A DNA stretch of 64,000 bases from Enoplolaimus lenunculus (Eukaryota): the NCBI GenBank assembly GCA_030248215.1, contig JASANG010001546.1, forward strand, positions 558,001-622,000. Reading direction: 5' to 3'. Each line of letters opens with the position of its first letter. Positions within the stretch are counted from its first letter, which is position 1. Below the pieces are notes generated by a model. That model made no database searches, was not told where the DNA came from, and saw only the letters and a list, made by a program, of their open reading frames with translations. The position numbers were made by a program, and so were the translations under genes. Below are positions 22,859 to 36,000 of the stretch, piece by piece.

Positions 22859-24129
22859 TTTGCTCGCGTTAAAATTATTAACATATAATGACAGAATGTC
22901 TCGTTAATACATACCACTCTGAAAATCTGAAGATATGTCTAAAATCATCAATGCGCAATTTCATAAAATTACGAAATGAAATGTCGCGAAGTTCATAAAA
23001 CGTAAAAGTGACAGAATTTCGTAGAAATTAAGGAAATCGCATAAACAATAAATTAAACGAGCGAACCAGTTTTTGCTTAACATTTTATACAGGTAGAAAT
23101 TTGAAAACAACCTCATGATCGAAAATGTAAATTTTAGCGTTAATAAAATTATACTTCAATGTGAACAAATCTTTGAAAAATCGACAGATATACGAAACAA
23201 TGCATTATATGAGAAGTGCGGCGCTAAAAGGTGCTCTGCACTTTATGATTTTAAAAGAAAGAACCACCAGCAACTCCGGGGTTCTGATCTTCTTTATAAA
23301 AGCGGAAAAGTGCTGCTTCACTGAACACAAAATATATTTTGGGTAAACACGGAACTGTTCTGTTTTGCGCTGAAACAAAATAAATATCGAAAGCTAACAC
23401 CCTAACAACCATAATCCGTTACCAAGACAACAGTGATATGTGCAAGTTCCAGGAAAGCCTGGTAAAGGCATCTTTCCGGCCGCAATATTAAAATTTGCTC
23501 GCGTTAAAATTATTAACATATAATGACAGAATGTCTCGTTAATACATTCCACTCTGAAAATCTGAAGATATGTCTAAAATCATCAATGCGCAATTTCATA
23601 AAATTACGAAATGAAATGTCGCGAAGTTCATAAAACGTAAAAGTGACAGAATTTCGTAGAAATTAAGGAAATCGCATAAACAATAAATTAAACGAGCGAA
23701 CCAGTTTTTGCTTAACATTTTATACAGGTAGAAATTTGAAAACAACCTCATGATCGAAAATGTAAATTTTAGCGTTAATAAAATTATACTTCAATGTGAA
23801 CAAATCTTTGAAAAATCGACAGATATACGAAACAATGCATTATATGAGAAGTGCGGCGCTAAAAGGTGCTCTGCACTTTATGATTTTAAAAGAAAGAACC
23901 ACCAGCAACTCCGGGGTTCTGATCTTCTTTATAAAAGCGGAAAAGTGCTGCTTCACTGAACACAAAATATATTTTGGGTAAACACGGAACTGTTTTGTTT
24001 TGCGCTGAAACAAAATAACTATCGAAAGCTAACACCCTAACAACCATAATCCGTTACCAAGACAACAGTGATATGTGCAAGGTCCAGGAAAGCCTGGTAA
24101 AGGCATCTTTCCGGCCGCAATATTAAAAT
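22859..24129. repeat. Head-to-tail tandem duplication of a 635-bp unit
   Basis: Units start tttgctcgcgttaaaatt at ~22859 and ~23494; identical ORFs are offset by 635; only about 4 substitutions visible. Confidence 0.95.
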
Positions 24130-24719
24130 AAAAATTTCAGGCATACAACTCACAATATTAATCTAGAACTCAGATACCGCTTTTGGTTTACTAACGCAAG
24201 TATAAACATTGCGTAAGAAACAACCAAAAATTGTAACATCAAATAAATACAAAATGTGAATAAATCAGGCCCCTGACACTTGAGCAAAAGTAGTTCCGGA
24301 TGAGGCGTGAGAAAAACCAATTTTTGCCGCTGTCCATGAAGTTTTGTCGCTCGTACGCAACTTTTGCTAAAATGAGTATACTTAAAAAAAGTTTATTTCC
24401 CGCTATTTTTTTGTTTTTCCATCCATTCAAAAAGCCGAATTTAGATTGATCTTTCCGGTGTCCAGGCCTAAAACTTAATTTTAAAACTAAGCGTAAAAGG
24501 CCAATATTTATCGTGGGCCATGTTTTTAAATGCGACCATCTGTTTTATACTGCATACCAATGTAGATGCTAAACCACTGCTCGGAAGCATGGTTGGAATC
24601 GACCTTGGACAAGACCCGGCGGTTCCGGACCGAACCCGGGCGGACATTTTGGGCCCGTTGGCCTATGCAAACCGAGTCCGGGCCGCCAGCCGAAATAAAT
24701 CGCCAAGCCTTAATAGTGT

Positions 24720-25520
24720 TTAATATTTCGATTGGCGGTGCAAATAGCTTGTATACACACATCGTTAATATGACGACATTTTCAAGCCAAGTTTGATTCT
24801 CTCTGCTTTTGGTGGGATATATTGGTTGGCCGAACTTCTGCAATTGGCTCCGAGACTGATTTCAGAGCATAATGGTGACATCAAAAAATCATTAAACGTT
24901 ATCTTCAATTTCCATCAAGAATCGCCGTAATGTATAATTGATCGGTGACGCATTGCGACAACCAGCGGCGGATCCAAGAATTTCCGACGAGGGGCGGGGT
25001 AGTAGATGTTGTTAAACGCAAAAATTGTTTGTATTTTCTCACGACAGATTGACATCTATGGCAAGTGTTGTAATTCTGGCAATTTTGGCAGGGAAATTTT
25101 CCGCATTTTTTATAACAGTTGTGTTGTTCAGTGAACTTGGAACTTTCAAACACTTTTTGTCCTTTTGAATGTCAAAATTTTATTGAAAAAAGGCGTAATA
25201 CACAACAGCTCATAGATTATTGTTCAAATCTACAAATTGAACACTATTGTCCGGATGCCGCTGCTTTACTTCCGATTGTCTTTTCGGCTCGCTTCAGTAA
25301 ATTTGGTTCAATAAATGTTATTTTTTCAATGATTACGAAAGACTACAGTTGCACGAAATTTAAAAGTTCAATTTTTATCCGAAGGCAGCTGATCGAAAAT
25401 GTTTTGCACGCAATGCTCAAAAGAGACCGTATGCTTTTTCTAGGTCTTTCAGTCCTCTTTCCTCCAGTTGGAAAGTGCCCCATTGTGAACATACGCCGGT
25501 ACTGTTGTGCTAAGCGGATA
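24720..25520 (-). pseudogene. Possible highly degraded hAT-type (ZMYM1/DUF4371-like) transposase relic
   Basis: Interrupted frames read NGALSNWRK...KKHTVSFEH (TTF-type zinc-finger-like), then DQL..., EIED..F..FFDV and CIQAICTAN (cf. CRGQxYDGAxN) in the expected order; many stops and frameshifts. Confidence 0.35.
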
Positions 25521-25639
25521 ACGGAAACGGAAACGGAAAACGGATATTGAAGTATAAATGTTTCAAAAATGTTTTTTCTGTCAACACAATTGAGGCGTGT
25601 ATATATTCACCGGTCTTTTAAAAATATTAAAGAGAAAAT

Positions 25640-25824
25640 GACCAATGTAAAGAAAAGGGGCGGAACAGCATTATAAGCATATTCCTGAGCCTATGCCTAA
25701 AAGCCTAAGCTTAAGCCTAAGCGTAAGCCTAAGCCTAAGCCAAGCAAAAAAAATAGTCCAAAGCTTATGCTTACTCTATTGCAGTCCCACAAAAAAACGT
25801 TCCACCCTGATCTTTACATGGGCC
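25640..25824. mobile_element. GGCC-terminated TTAGGC-bearing MITE
   Basis: gaccaatgtaaagaaaaggggcggaac...ccctgatctttacatgggcc with several gcctaa units. Confidence 0.8.
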
Positions 25825-27073
25825 GCGGAAACGATGGATGCATCGAAATTTTAAAGATTTTGGTTAAATTTCGTAATTTTTATTTCATTTCGAACAACAT
25901 ATCTGTAACGAAAAATTGCTATATATTTATATAAGTGATTTTTATGGCTAAATTTGAACTTAAAAATAACAATTTTTTTTCTACTTCAGTAATGAAAACG
26001 GAAACGGAAACAGACACTGGTTTTTAAAGAAAAGCGGAAACAGATATCCGGTTAAATACAAGTCATATGTAAATATCAGGAGTTCCACTAAACGCATATA
26101 CTAAATTCGCAAGCAAAATTCAAATATTTTCGAGTTTAAAAATAAAGGAGTATAATATTGGGTAATTTTCCAAATTTACAATTTGTTGAGATATAGAAGT
26201 CATTATTCTCAAAGTGAAAACACAACGTTTTCTCACACAAGTTGCAATAATCATATTAATAATTTGCGTTCCATTTTCATTTTTCTTTATATGAATTTAA
26301 ATGGCTTTGAAATCAGGAATCTGTTCGTAGACGGAGGCAAAAAATTTTTCCAACCATAGAATTTTTTCAATGCAGTTGACAAAATTTTCCGACAAGGAAG
26401 TCGAGGTTAGCAGAATCAGTTTCAGGGGCGCCTTTCGCTGACCCTCTGCACTAATTACGGATCAGCAGTTTACTGGAATTGTTCTCAAATTTTTTGAGAC
26501 TTTTCACAAAATAATACAGTATAAAATGTTTTAAGTGTATTTTGTTTATTTTAAAACTCAATTTTTAAGTTTCGCATTCTATTGAACTGCATTGAATGTA
26601 TTTTACGTATTGTGATCAATGGTGGAACAGTTGTGAACCGAAAGGTTTTGCTATAAAATATTTTATTGGTTTAACAAATTTGAATATACTTTCTATTTTG
26701 GGCCACTTTCTGCTTTATCGATTGACGAAAAATAAGCAGCCTTCAAAACGGTGCTAAACTAAAAGTTAAGGTGCCTTTTTAGGCTCCTTACGCTTCCATC
26801 CCTCATATAAGCATAAGCCTGAGCCTAAGCATAATAATTCTATCCGGTAATCGAAGATTTGTGTCAATATTTTAAAACTTCTGAAACTGCTAATTTAAAA
26901 CCTTACTGAAAGCGACTCCTACGATTAACTGTGAGTTCTGGCTCAAAGGGATACTCGTACTCAAGGATCGACTGTCCACCTGGCACAACGGACAAATGCC
27001 CTGTGGGTACAGCTGCATATCTTTGCACATACCTACAGGTGTTCATGTCACGAATTAAAAAATCAAAATTAAA

Positions 27074-27334
27074 GGGTTACGCTATACTTTTTTGACGTCC
27101 GGCGCCGTCCGTCATCCGACCGGTGCCGTCATGTCTGCGTCCATCTTCCGTACGGCGCCGTCCGTCATCGTGCGTCACCAGACGGTGTCGTCCGTCGATG
27201 TCCGTCACCCGCGCGGCGTCGTCCGTCACCGTGCGGTATCGTAAGTACGCAAATAAATCGCGTACGATAACGCATGGTGATGGACGGTGACGGACAGCGC
27301 CGGACAGCCCCGGACGTCAAGTATAGCGCAACCC
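27074..27334. mobile_element. Tourist-like MITE, GC-rich with ccgtc/gacgg subrepeats
   Basis: TIR gggttacgctatactt / aagtatagcgcaaccc; sub-terminal inverted tgacgtccgg / ccggacgtca. Confidence 0.8.
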
Positions 27335-29534
27335 ATATTCGATTCTTTTATACTTCCAACACACAGTTAAGATTTATGCTTAAGCATAAACTTATGCTGC
27401 ATCCCCTCCGGCTTAGCTTCTGACAAATTGTTAGGTACCGGTTTAAGCTTAGGCAATCCTTGTCCAAAACCTAAAGCCAAAGCTGCCCTAAGCCTCGGTG
27501 GGATGTACAACAGCCGTATTCTCAAATATTTTTTTCTTGACACAAATTTTGACAAAAAAACTGTTTTAATGTCAAGGTGAAAAATGTTTCAAAATAATAC
27601 TAATTTTTAGACGATATTTGAATATTTGTTTTTACGGAATGCGTTGTAGTGTATGTGTTTGTGACGAGTGCGTTTTATATATGTGTTCAGTTGTTATATT
27701 TTGTATTATTATGGATTCATACATGACTTCACTAACCTATTAACCTAAAACAAACTTTTAAAAGTGACAGTGAAATGAAATATTTTTTCGTTTTTCGTGT
27801 CCGACTGGTCGTCAAAATTAAAAACTTTACACAAAAACACTGTTTTTAACATTTAAAATCTAAAATCACAGTAATGTGTCGACTTATAGTTGCTTGTAGA
27901 AGCTCCCTTGAAGAATGGAAAACATAAATGTGAGTACAGAAATTTTAACTTTAGTCTTATATTTGAGAAAAATACTTAAATTTAAAATTTTGTTTTTGAT
28001 TTTAACAGGCCGACCAGTAAAAGTAACGCAATGGATGTAGTTTTAAAGCAAAGAATTGTATTCAATTAATTCAAGGAATACCTATTTGGAAACTACATGA
28101 GATCAGCGTAGCTTTGCAAGCGAGAATTATTATTTATAATTTGGCAATTACTGTTGTGGAGAACGCGTGGAAACCTTGTTAGCTTAGAATACATTTAATG
28201 CTTAAAAAATCGCGGCTATTACAAGGGGGTGAGATAGTAGTGCAAGGCGCCACCCCCGGCGTACCCTAAATTTCGACCCAGTGTCAGCGGCCCATATTTT
28301 GTGACAGAATAACAGCCATCAAAAATACTATAAATCCTAAGCCCTACAGTGTAAATTGTTGAAATTTAATTTATTTGTCACATTTTCTCTCATTTTCGCA
28401 CATTAAACGTGTCAAGAAAAATTTATTTTACTTAATAATTTTAAATTATATACATTGCATACTAGCAGATATTTATGGCTTGTGTCCTGCTATATTATAT
28501 TTTTGTGTTTATCTGGTAAATAAATACATTTTTTCAATATTTACAACATTTTTTTCAATCAGAAAAATTTAAAACATTAAAATTCAAACCAAATCGACTG
28601 GTTTCACTCTGGTGTTCTCGTGTCAATCCACATCACTGCTAAATGTTGATGTGTCGATATGAAAAGTATTTAAAAAATAACGAGTAGCTTGAGTTGAATT
28701 TAACATAAATTAGCTTGTTTGAAACAGTTTTTGTTCGGCTAATTTAACGCAGTTTCGTAGTAAATATTAAGAAATTAACAATTGTATATTGGGAAATGTA
28801 AGGTTTTTCATGTTTTGCGCGCCGTCAGTTCCTGAAAGCTGAAAAAATTTATTGCTGTTTAAAGACAAATATGCGTTACATTTGACACAGTGCTTGCTTT
28901 ATTGTGTTGGTAGCATTGTAAACATACACATTATATATATGTATATATTCATGGGCGACGGTAAATATCTGTCATGGGGTGCAATTTAACCTCTTTGACT
29001 CCCTCAGTTAAGCCCTATTCCCACGTGCAAAATTTTACAGCGAGAACTCACAGCTGCAACTGACACGAGTTTGTTGCAGCTGCAAGTGTTTGCAAAGAAA
29101 CATTATTTTCATTCTGAGTCTAGACATGAATCTAACATAAATAATTTGCACACAACTGCAATAAATATATGTGCGAATTAATAAATTTAATAGCATGAGT
29201 TTTATTGTCAAAAATTTGAAGTTTTAAGAACTTCACGGCTGTTTAGTGACTAAACTTGCACGTGTGAATATGGCTTTCCCCTAAGCAATTTATTTAGTAA
29301 AAATATTTCTTTAAATAACGCAAAATTTCACAACAGCGCCAGCTTATTTAAATTTGATCCATTTATCCACCGAATCCCAGTTGTACACGTCCATATCATC
29401 CAGTTTGGGTGTATAAATTCAAATAACGGTGTATTTAATGATAAAATCTGCGGTTTCTGCCGTAACAACAAATACATTTTTGTAAATTATTAATATCGAA
29501 AACTCGAAAAATGAAACAAATACGTGGAAAAATG

Positions 29535-29746
29535 GTCCAATGAAAAGAACAGGGGCGGAACAGTATTATAAGCATGTTCCTAAACCTAAGCCTAAGCCTA
29601 AGCCTAAACCTAAACATAAGCATAAGAATGAGCATATTCCAAAGCCTAAGCCTAAACCTAAGCCAAGGAAAAAATAGTCTAAAGCTTAAGCTTACGCTAT
29701 TGTAGTCCCACAGACAAACTCTCCGCACCTGATCTTCACGTGGGCC
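29535..29746. mobile_element. GGCC-terminated TTAGGC-bearing MITE, 8-bp TSD
   Basis: TSD GAAAAATG at 29527-29534 and 29747-29754; multiple cctaag hexamers. Confidence 0.85.
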
Positions 29747-31381
29747 GAAAAATGGTAAAAATCCAAAAACAAATTTTATAGTAAAACTGCGAAATTAGTC
29801 AAACTTAACAGTACAGGCAACAGGTTTATCAAAACAATTTAAAAGCAACCAGTCCACATCAAACACAAATATGGAAATTTAACCCTGAATATTTACTTAC
29901 ACCAAAATCAACTAAAATATGCAAAATTACGTTTATTGTTTCAACTTTAAGACTTCGACAAACATTCAAATCCGGCTGATTTTGAAAAAATACTTAATTT
30001 AATTTCTGTAAATCTCAGACAAAAAATTGTCTGAAACAAATTTAACCCGAACATTTTCATCAACGGTAATATTACATTGTGCTGGTTTAAGCTTAGGCTT
30101 ACGAATGTTCTATACATTAGCTAAAAATGGGTAAACACTCTTATAATATACCTATCTGTCCCATTTTGTAACGTGGACGTCTGAAACATGAATTTCAGGA
30201 TTGCCAGACCAACTTTTCTATGCCACTGCGTCCATTTGGACGATGTCAACATAAAACAGGTGTCTGTTATCATATGATTGGTGGAAAGGTTAGCCTCCTG
30301 CGTAGCTTAGTTGGTCCATTAAAAGATTCTAAATAAAAAATTAATCACAGAGGTTCACGACAATGAAACCGTGTATGGGTTGAAAACTAAATATACGGAA
30401 CTAAGAGCAAAAAATGCGGAATAAAAACTGTCGAAAAATTGACGAAATTTTTCCAAAAATCATTTTTGGGCGAAAGCGATAATTAAAATAATCGCAGTGT
30501 TTGCCGAGTAGGCTTTAGCTGGATGGTCTATAGATTTTAAATTTTTGGGACCAGTATGGTTGAGAACTGGACGGTCTGAGCTTTGAGCCAAATAGTATAT
30601 TTAGTTTATTTATTAAAGCTTAAATTTATGTCAATTTTACCCGTAGAAGCGGGGCCCAAAATATGACCAAAATAAAACCAACTCCGGATCCGTTCAGCTA
30701 AAAAGTGTTAGGCGTTGGTTAGTAATTTAATGCAAAATATTAGTAGACAACTGTGTGATATTTGCTTAGTTATAAAAGGAAAATGTACGAAATATGGACC
30801 TCCTAATAAGAAAAATGATCTATCTGATTGGCCTCGACGAGTTGAGTTCAACATCACCATTTTTATACCTGTATGACCAACGATTCAAAAGTTATGACTC
30901 AGTTAAGTGTAATTCTAGTACGCACAGATTTGCTTAGAAAGTACTTCCTATGAATTAACATATTTGCAAAATATAAGCTTCACCATAGTTATTCGTTGTA
31001 TAAATTGGGTATGTGGTTGCTGATGTTTTGTATGGTGTAAAGCTAAAATAAAGAGCAGTAACTTTTGAACCAGGGGCCCTGCCGATTTGAAAAGGTACCA
31101 CTGAAGTCAGAAGTCAATATCTATAAAATAAGAATCTTTCCATTATATTCCTCTACAAGTCCACACTCCGTACCTCCACCCAATTGAAGAACTTAAATTT
31201 TAAACCAAATTAAAAGTGTACCAATTGAAGATATATTTTAATTTTAGCTTTAAGTATAAAACTGGTAGAAATTCGACAACGAACGAAACCTTTGTGTAAT
31301 ATGCGGTCAAAAGACACCAACTGAAACTTTTTAAACATTTCTAAACTGTTTATAAACAAAATTCTTAATTTGGAAATCTAA

Positions 31382-31449
<68 letters not shown>

Positions 31450-31457
31450 CATTATTA
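31382..31457. repeat. (ATT)n microsatellite, ~25 units
   Basis: Direct reading. Confidence 0.97.
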
Positions 31458-33069
31458 CGCAGCAGACAAACAGAACAATAGTCAACTGAAAACCAGATTG
31501 ACGCGTTGGAGCGTCTTCAGTATGTCTCCCGTCATTAAAAGATGTTCATTTGCATTCGGTCATCAGAAAAGATATAATCTACAACTTTGCTTTTAATTTT
31601 GCGAAAAAAATGTTTTAAATTAAAGAAACCAAACTTTTCGCTGACACCTGCTGTGTGCGTCAAAATGAATGAAAGAAAACAAAAATGAGTGAATAATGAG
31701 AACGAAATCTGAAAGAAGGAAATTCCAAAAAAATAAAGACGTTGCCCGATAATAAAGGAATAGGAGTCAAAAACCTGGTTTGTAATTTTTGTGTTCGAAT
31801 GTTTAGTAATTTTTTCGCCGTTGGTAATACAAAAAATCTCCGTTTTAAAATTTTTCACAAAATTGAACCCCCCTTTGCCAAATCTTGGCTACGACACTGG
31901 CAGCAAATGTATTTCTAATATATTTTACACTCTCAAATTTAAGAGTATTTTATTAGCATTTATGTATACGAATATAACAAATTTTCATATATATTTGTTT
32001 TTACTCGTTTTAACGAATCGATTGAGTTAAAATTTATGCTTGACTTCACTTTATAGTTTTGTTTTCAAATTGATAAAAAAATATATAATTTTTGCACAAA
32101 ATGGATACAGGTAAAAAAACGTTCAAATATACGAGCGAGGTTTTACTAATTAAATAATTAGTAGGCGTTCAAAGGCCACTGAGCTTATATCTTTTGTATC
32201 CAGATTAAAACTAAAAGCGGCTTTAAACTGTTTTGAAAAAATATCCAAGTTTTATTTGCCAAAAGTGTGGTAGGGTTAACCAGAATAAATCTTGAAATTT
32301 GGTAACTTTAAGTATATTCTCACAGGTGGTGCGTCAGAGTGAAGGGCAACTGTAGTCCGGGGGTCGATGTCGGTGCCCATAGGGTAAATCATCGACAGGT
32401 TTTTTCGGAATGCTAAGGCGAGGAGGGAAAGGTAGTCGTCTGTTGTAAGCCAGTATTTCGAGTTTGTTACCAAATTGAAGTGATTCCGAAAGTTAGTACC
32501 TAACAGGCCTGTAGCCAGCTTCTTTTCAAAACGAGGCATACACGGGTTTTCGATAACTTAGCAAGCAAGGTTGACAATTTTTTCGGGGGCCAAAATTATT
32601 GCAGGGGTGGGAGCCCCTCACACCCTTCTGGCTATGGACTCTGTGCCAAAGTGTAAATGTTCTTTTACATTTTATACGATTAGCGTCTATTTATTTCGAT
32701 ATATAACCAGGGTCGTATTATGACAAAACAGAGCACTGAGGGCGATTTATATTTCGGCCCTCGAAAATAGGTTGCTAAAGTCATTATTCAAAAATATATA
32801 TATTTCTATGTTGAAACAGTCGGTACGGACGCATTGGACGTGCGGGCTGTGATGCCCCAGCCTTATTTTAAGCCAAACGCAAAAGGATCCGGCCGTATAT
32901 TTACGATCTGGAGCAGTTGCAAGGAAACAGTTCAGGGGTTTAATTTTCAGGACCCCCGCAACTGCTGCGCCAGGAATTGAGAAGGATTTCTATACTTGAC
33001 TGAAGTCATTCATTATCTTTTTCAGGTATCACCCCCCAGACGTATATTTAACTTAAATGTTTAAATAAA

Positions 33070-36000
33070 ATGGATTGTTGCGTATTTTTATTAAATATTT
33101 TATTAATTTTTCAACTTCTGCTTGCTTACCCTGTTGGTGTCTCGAGTCATTCGAGTGGCGCCCCATGCAGTGCTGTGAATACACTTCAACCATCATCCGT
33201 TTATCATGGTTTGTCTCAAGATATCAATACAAATCCTCCGCCATTCAGATTGCGAGTCCTGGATGAAGTTGGTGTAATTACGCATAGTTATCAACCTGGC
33301 AAAATATATACAAGTAAAGTTAATAGTGTCATTTGCATGATAAAATTCGCTTTGTTTCCTCAGTACCGCCGCCATCTACCGATGTTAAAATTTTCCCACG
33401 CTATATTTTCCCATGCCAAATTTTTCCCACGCCATATTTTTCAGATACCATCTTTTCCCATGTTATAATTTTCCCACGCCTTATTTTTTCATGTCATATT
33501 TTCCCATGCCTTGTTTTTTCATGATTTGTTTTTCTCATGCCATATATTCCCATTCCATATTTTTCTATGCCATATTTTTATGCCATATTTGCCATATTTT
33601 TCCAATGGTATATTTTTTCACACCATATTATTCTAATGTCATATCCGCTCTCTTTTCTGCCTAAATTCTGGTTTAATCAAACCACTGCATCATAATATAG
33701 CAAAATATCTCCAAGTTCCCAAAAAGTGTGCAATCCGAATCCCGTTAGAATTACACCAAATTTCTGCCAAACTAATCCTGTTAGAATGGTTTTCTCCGGT
33801 TTAAAGAATAGTGAAACTACCCCCCTTAGAATCACTATACTTTTCCCCAAAACTCGTAAATTTCTCAAGTTTCCCCCAGTAATTCCATAAAGTCCCAGTA
33901 TTAAAATACTGCGTGAATCCCCTGCGCTATGCGTCACTCCAGAACGACAACTTTACTGCCCGGATTTCCTTTCACATCGCAAGCCACCTTGGCAATCTTA
34001 TACTCTAAAAATACTCCTCAGTCGAAAATCAAAATCTTCTCAAATCCGTCAACTCTGAACTCACAATATATAAATTGTAAAATTATTTAAAAACACTGCA
34101 ATTTTTACTAAAACCCAACTTAGACTAATTTCGGTCCTGGGTGTCGCCCTGGGTGTCTCAACCTAATTTTCATACTATGACCGAGACCCAGAACTGGAAC
34201 TCTGTCAAGTATCGCAAATTAGATCCCGAGTCCTAGAAACGACAACATTCGACAACAACATAAGACACCCATATTGGCTGATAGTCTAGCTATGTCGTTA
34301 ACTGCAAAAATAGCCAAATATAATATACAATATTATTCAATGGCCACACAGGACCTAGGTAAGTTGAACATTGCGGCACAGCCGTCATAACGTCGATTTT
34401 ATACTTTTACGCCCTAAAGCAACGCCTAAGCCTACCTTTAGTGCAAAGAGAGACTATGTGGAGCCAGGGACTCTGTTAAGGTGTGGTATTGGGTTTGGTT
34501 TTATTTTTACATTTTACTTATTAGTTCGAAATATGATTGAGATTGGCACATCCACTTTACAGCCATTGTTTTAACCTGTTCAGCTACAAAAATCTTCGCG
34601 AGCTTCAGATAAGTTACTTTTACACTGCAAAATTTTCAACATATCAAAGCCTGCATAAGCAGGATACGTCCTCCCATCCCCCCTAATTCGCTACTGCCCA
34701 TTTGTCCAAAATTGGGGCTAATCACGGGTACGACTCGCTGGGTATGCGGCCCATGATTTGGGACCACGTGCGGCATTAACAGGTTTTAACTATGCTTAAG
34801 TTTCAAACACTGTAGGTTGACTTGTTGTTTACTGCATCAACATTGGCATAACTTGGTGCCCCAGGAAAAATCACGGCTGTTGGCTTGACATCTGAGTTTA
34901 AATCAGCCTGGGTCTAAATTATATTATATTTGTTTTTAAACAACGACTTTTGTGTACAATTGTTTTAAACAATTAACAAAATTCAAGCATCCGTTGTTAT
35001 AACTGCCATTTTTGAAAATATACGGTCAATTGACAGTCTACGGACATCTTCCCACAATGAAATGGAAAATTTTGTTGCAACATTTACAAGGGCGAAATAA
35101 AACTTTTTTGGAAAAAATATTCAAATAGGAAAACCACACGATTTTGCGCTGTAAATTAGGCACAAGATTCGAAAGCTGTTTTGGCAAATACCGTTATATA
35201 ATATCGAAGATGTCGCGAACAAATTGCGTAATTAATATTTTTTGCAAAAATAAGTTTCAATTATCAGCCAAAACACACCGATGTTGTTACGTTATCACAC
35301 TTACGGTACATAAATGGCTCATGAACAAGAAACTTTTAGAATAATTATTATTTTATAAATTTAGTGGAAAAATTTGAAACTTTAATTTACGAGTTTTAAA
35401 ACTTGAAAAATGTCAAAATAAATATTAGTAAATTATTTAATTCATTTCAGTCAGAATCAGTGGCAGTTCGTTTTTCCGTGGTTTCTTGCTGCAACCACGA
35501 CTTGCGGACTCGGCCGGACGAGTGTTGGGCAATGAGAAAGTTGGTAAATTCATTGAGGATCGCAACTGGAACCGTGTCGGTATTAAGTTCCAAGATGATT
35601 GTTCAGGACAGGTGGATCAAGATTCAGTAACACATACAGACGAACGGCGGAAATACTATATTAATATACAGTGGCAAACGGATGTACCGGAAGGCCCGGT
35701 TCAATTTGTGTAAGTTGAATTTTTCTGATTTCTAAAAATATTGGCTGTTTTTAAAATCTTTCATTTATTTAAATAATAAAGCTTAAAAGCATTTTTAATG
35801 GATTCTCACAGAAACACGTTCCGCCCAAGTTTTTATTCTAAAACTTTTGAAGTAAACTTTTTCATCTCTGGACTAAATTTCGACGAAGAATAGATCCCAT
35901 ATCCCTTCCCATGCGTACGCCCCTGTTAATAATGTTTTAAGCTTAAACTAGAGTCAAATGTACAGCACCATGTAGCAATTATCAGTTGCTCGCAAATGAC

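Noticed and set aside
23115..23981. Duplicated small ORFs (69 aa, 61 aa)
   Set aside because: No recognisable motifs or splice context; identity simply reflects the 635-bp duplication.
29435..29728. RL/LS-repeat ORFs (also 37611-37989, 52930-53184)
   Set aside because: Translations of TTAGGC hexamer runs within MITEs.
32276..32539. 87-aa ATG-initiated ORF with moderate GC
   Set aside because: No recognisable domain or splice partners; cannot be supported without a search.
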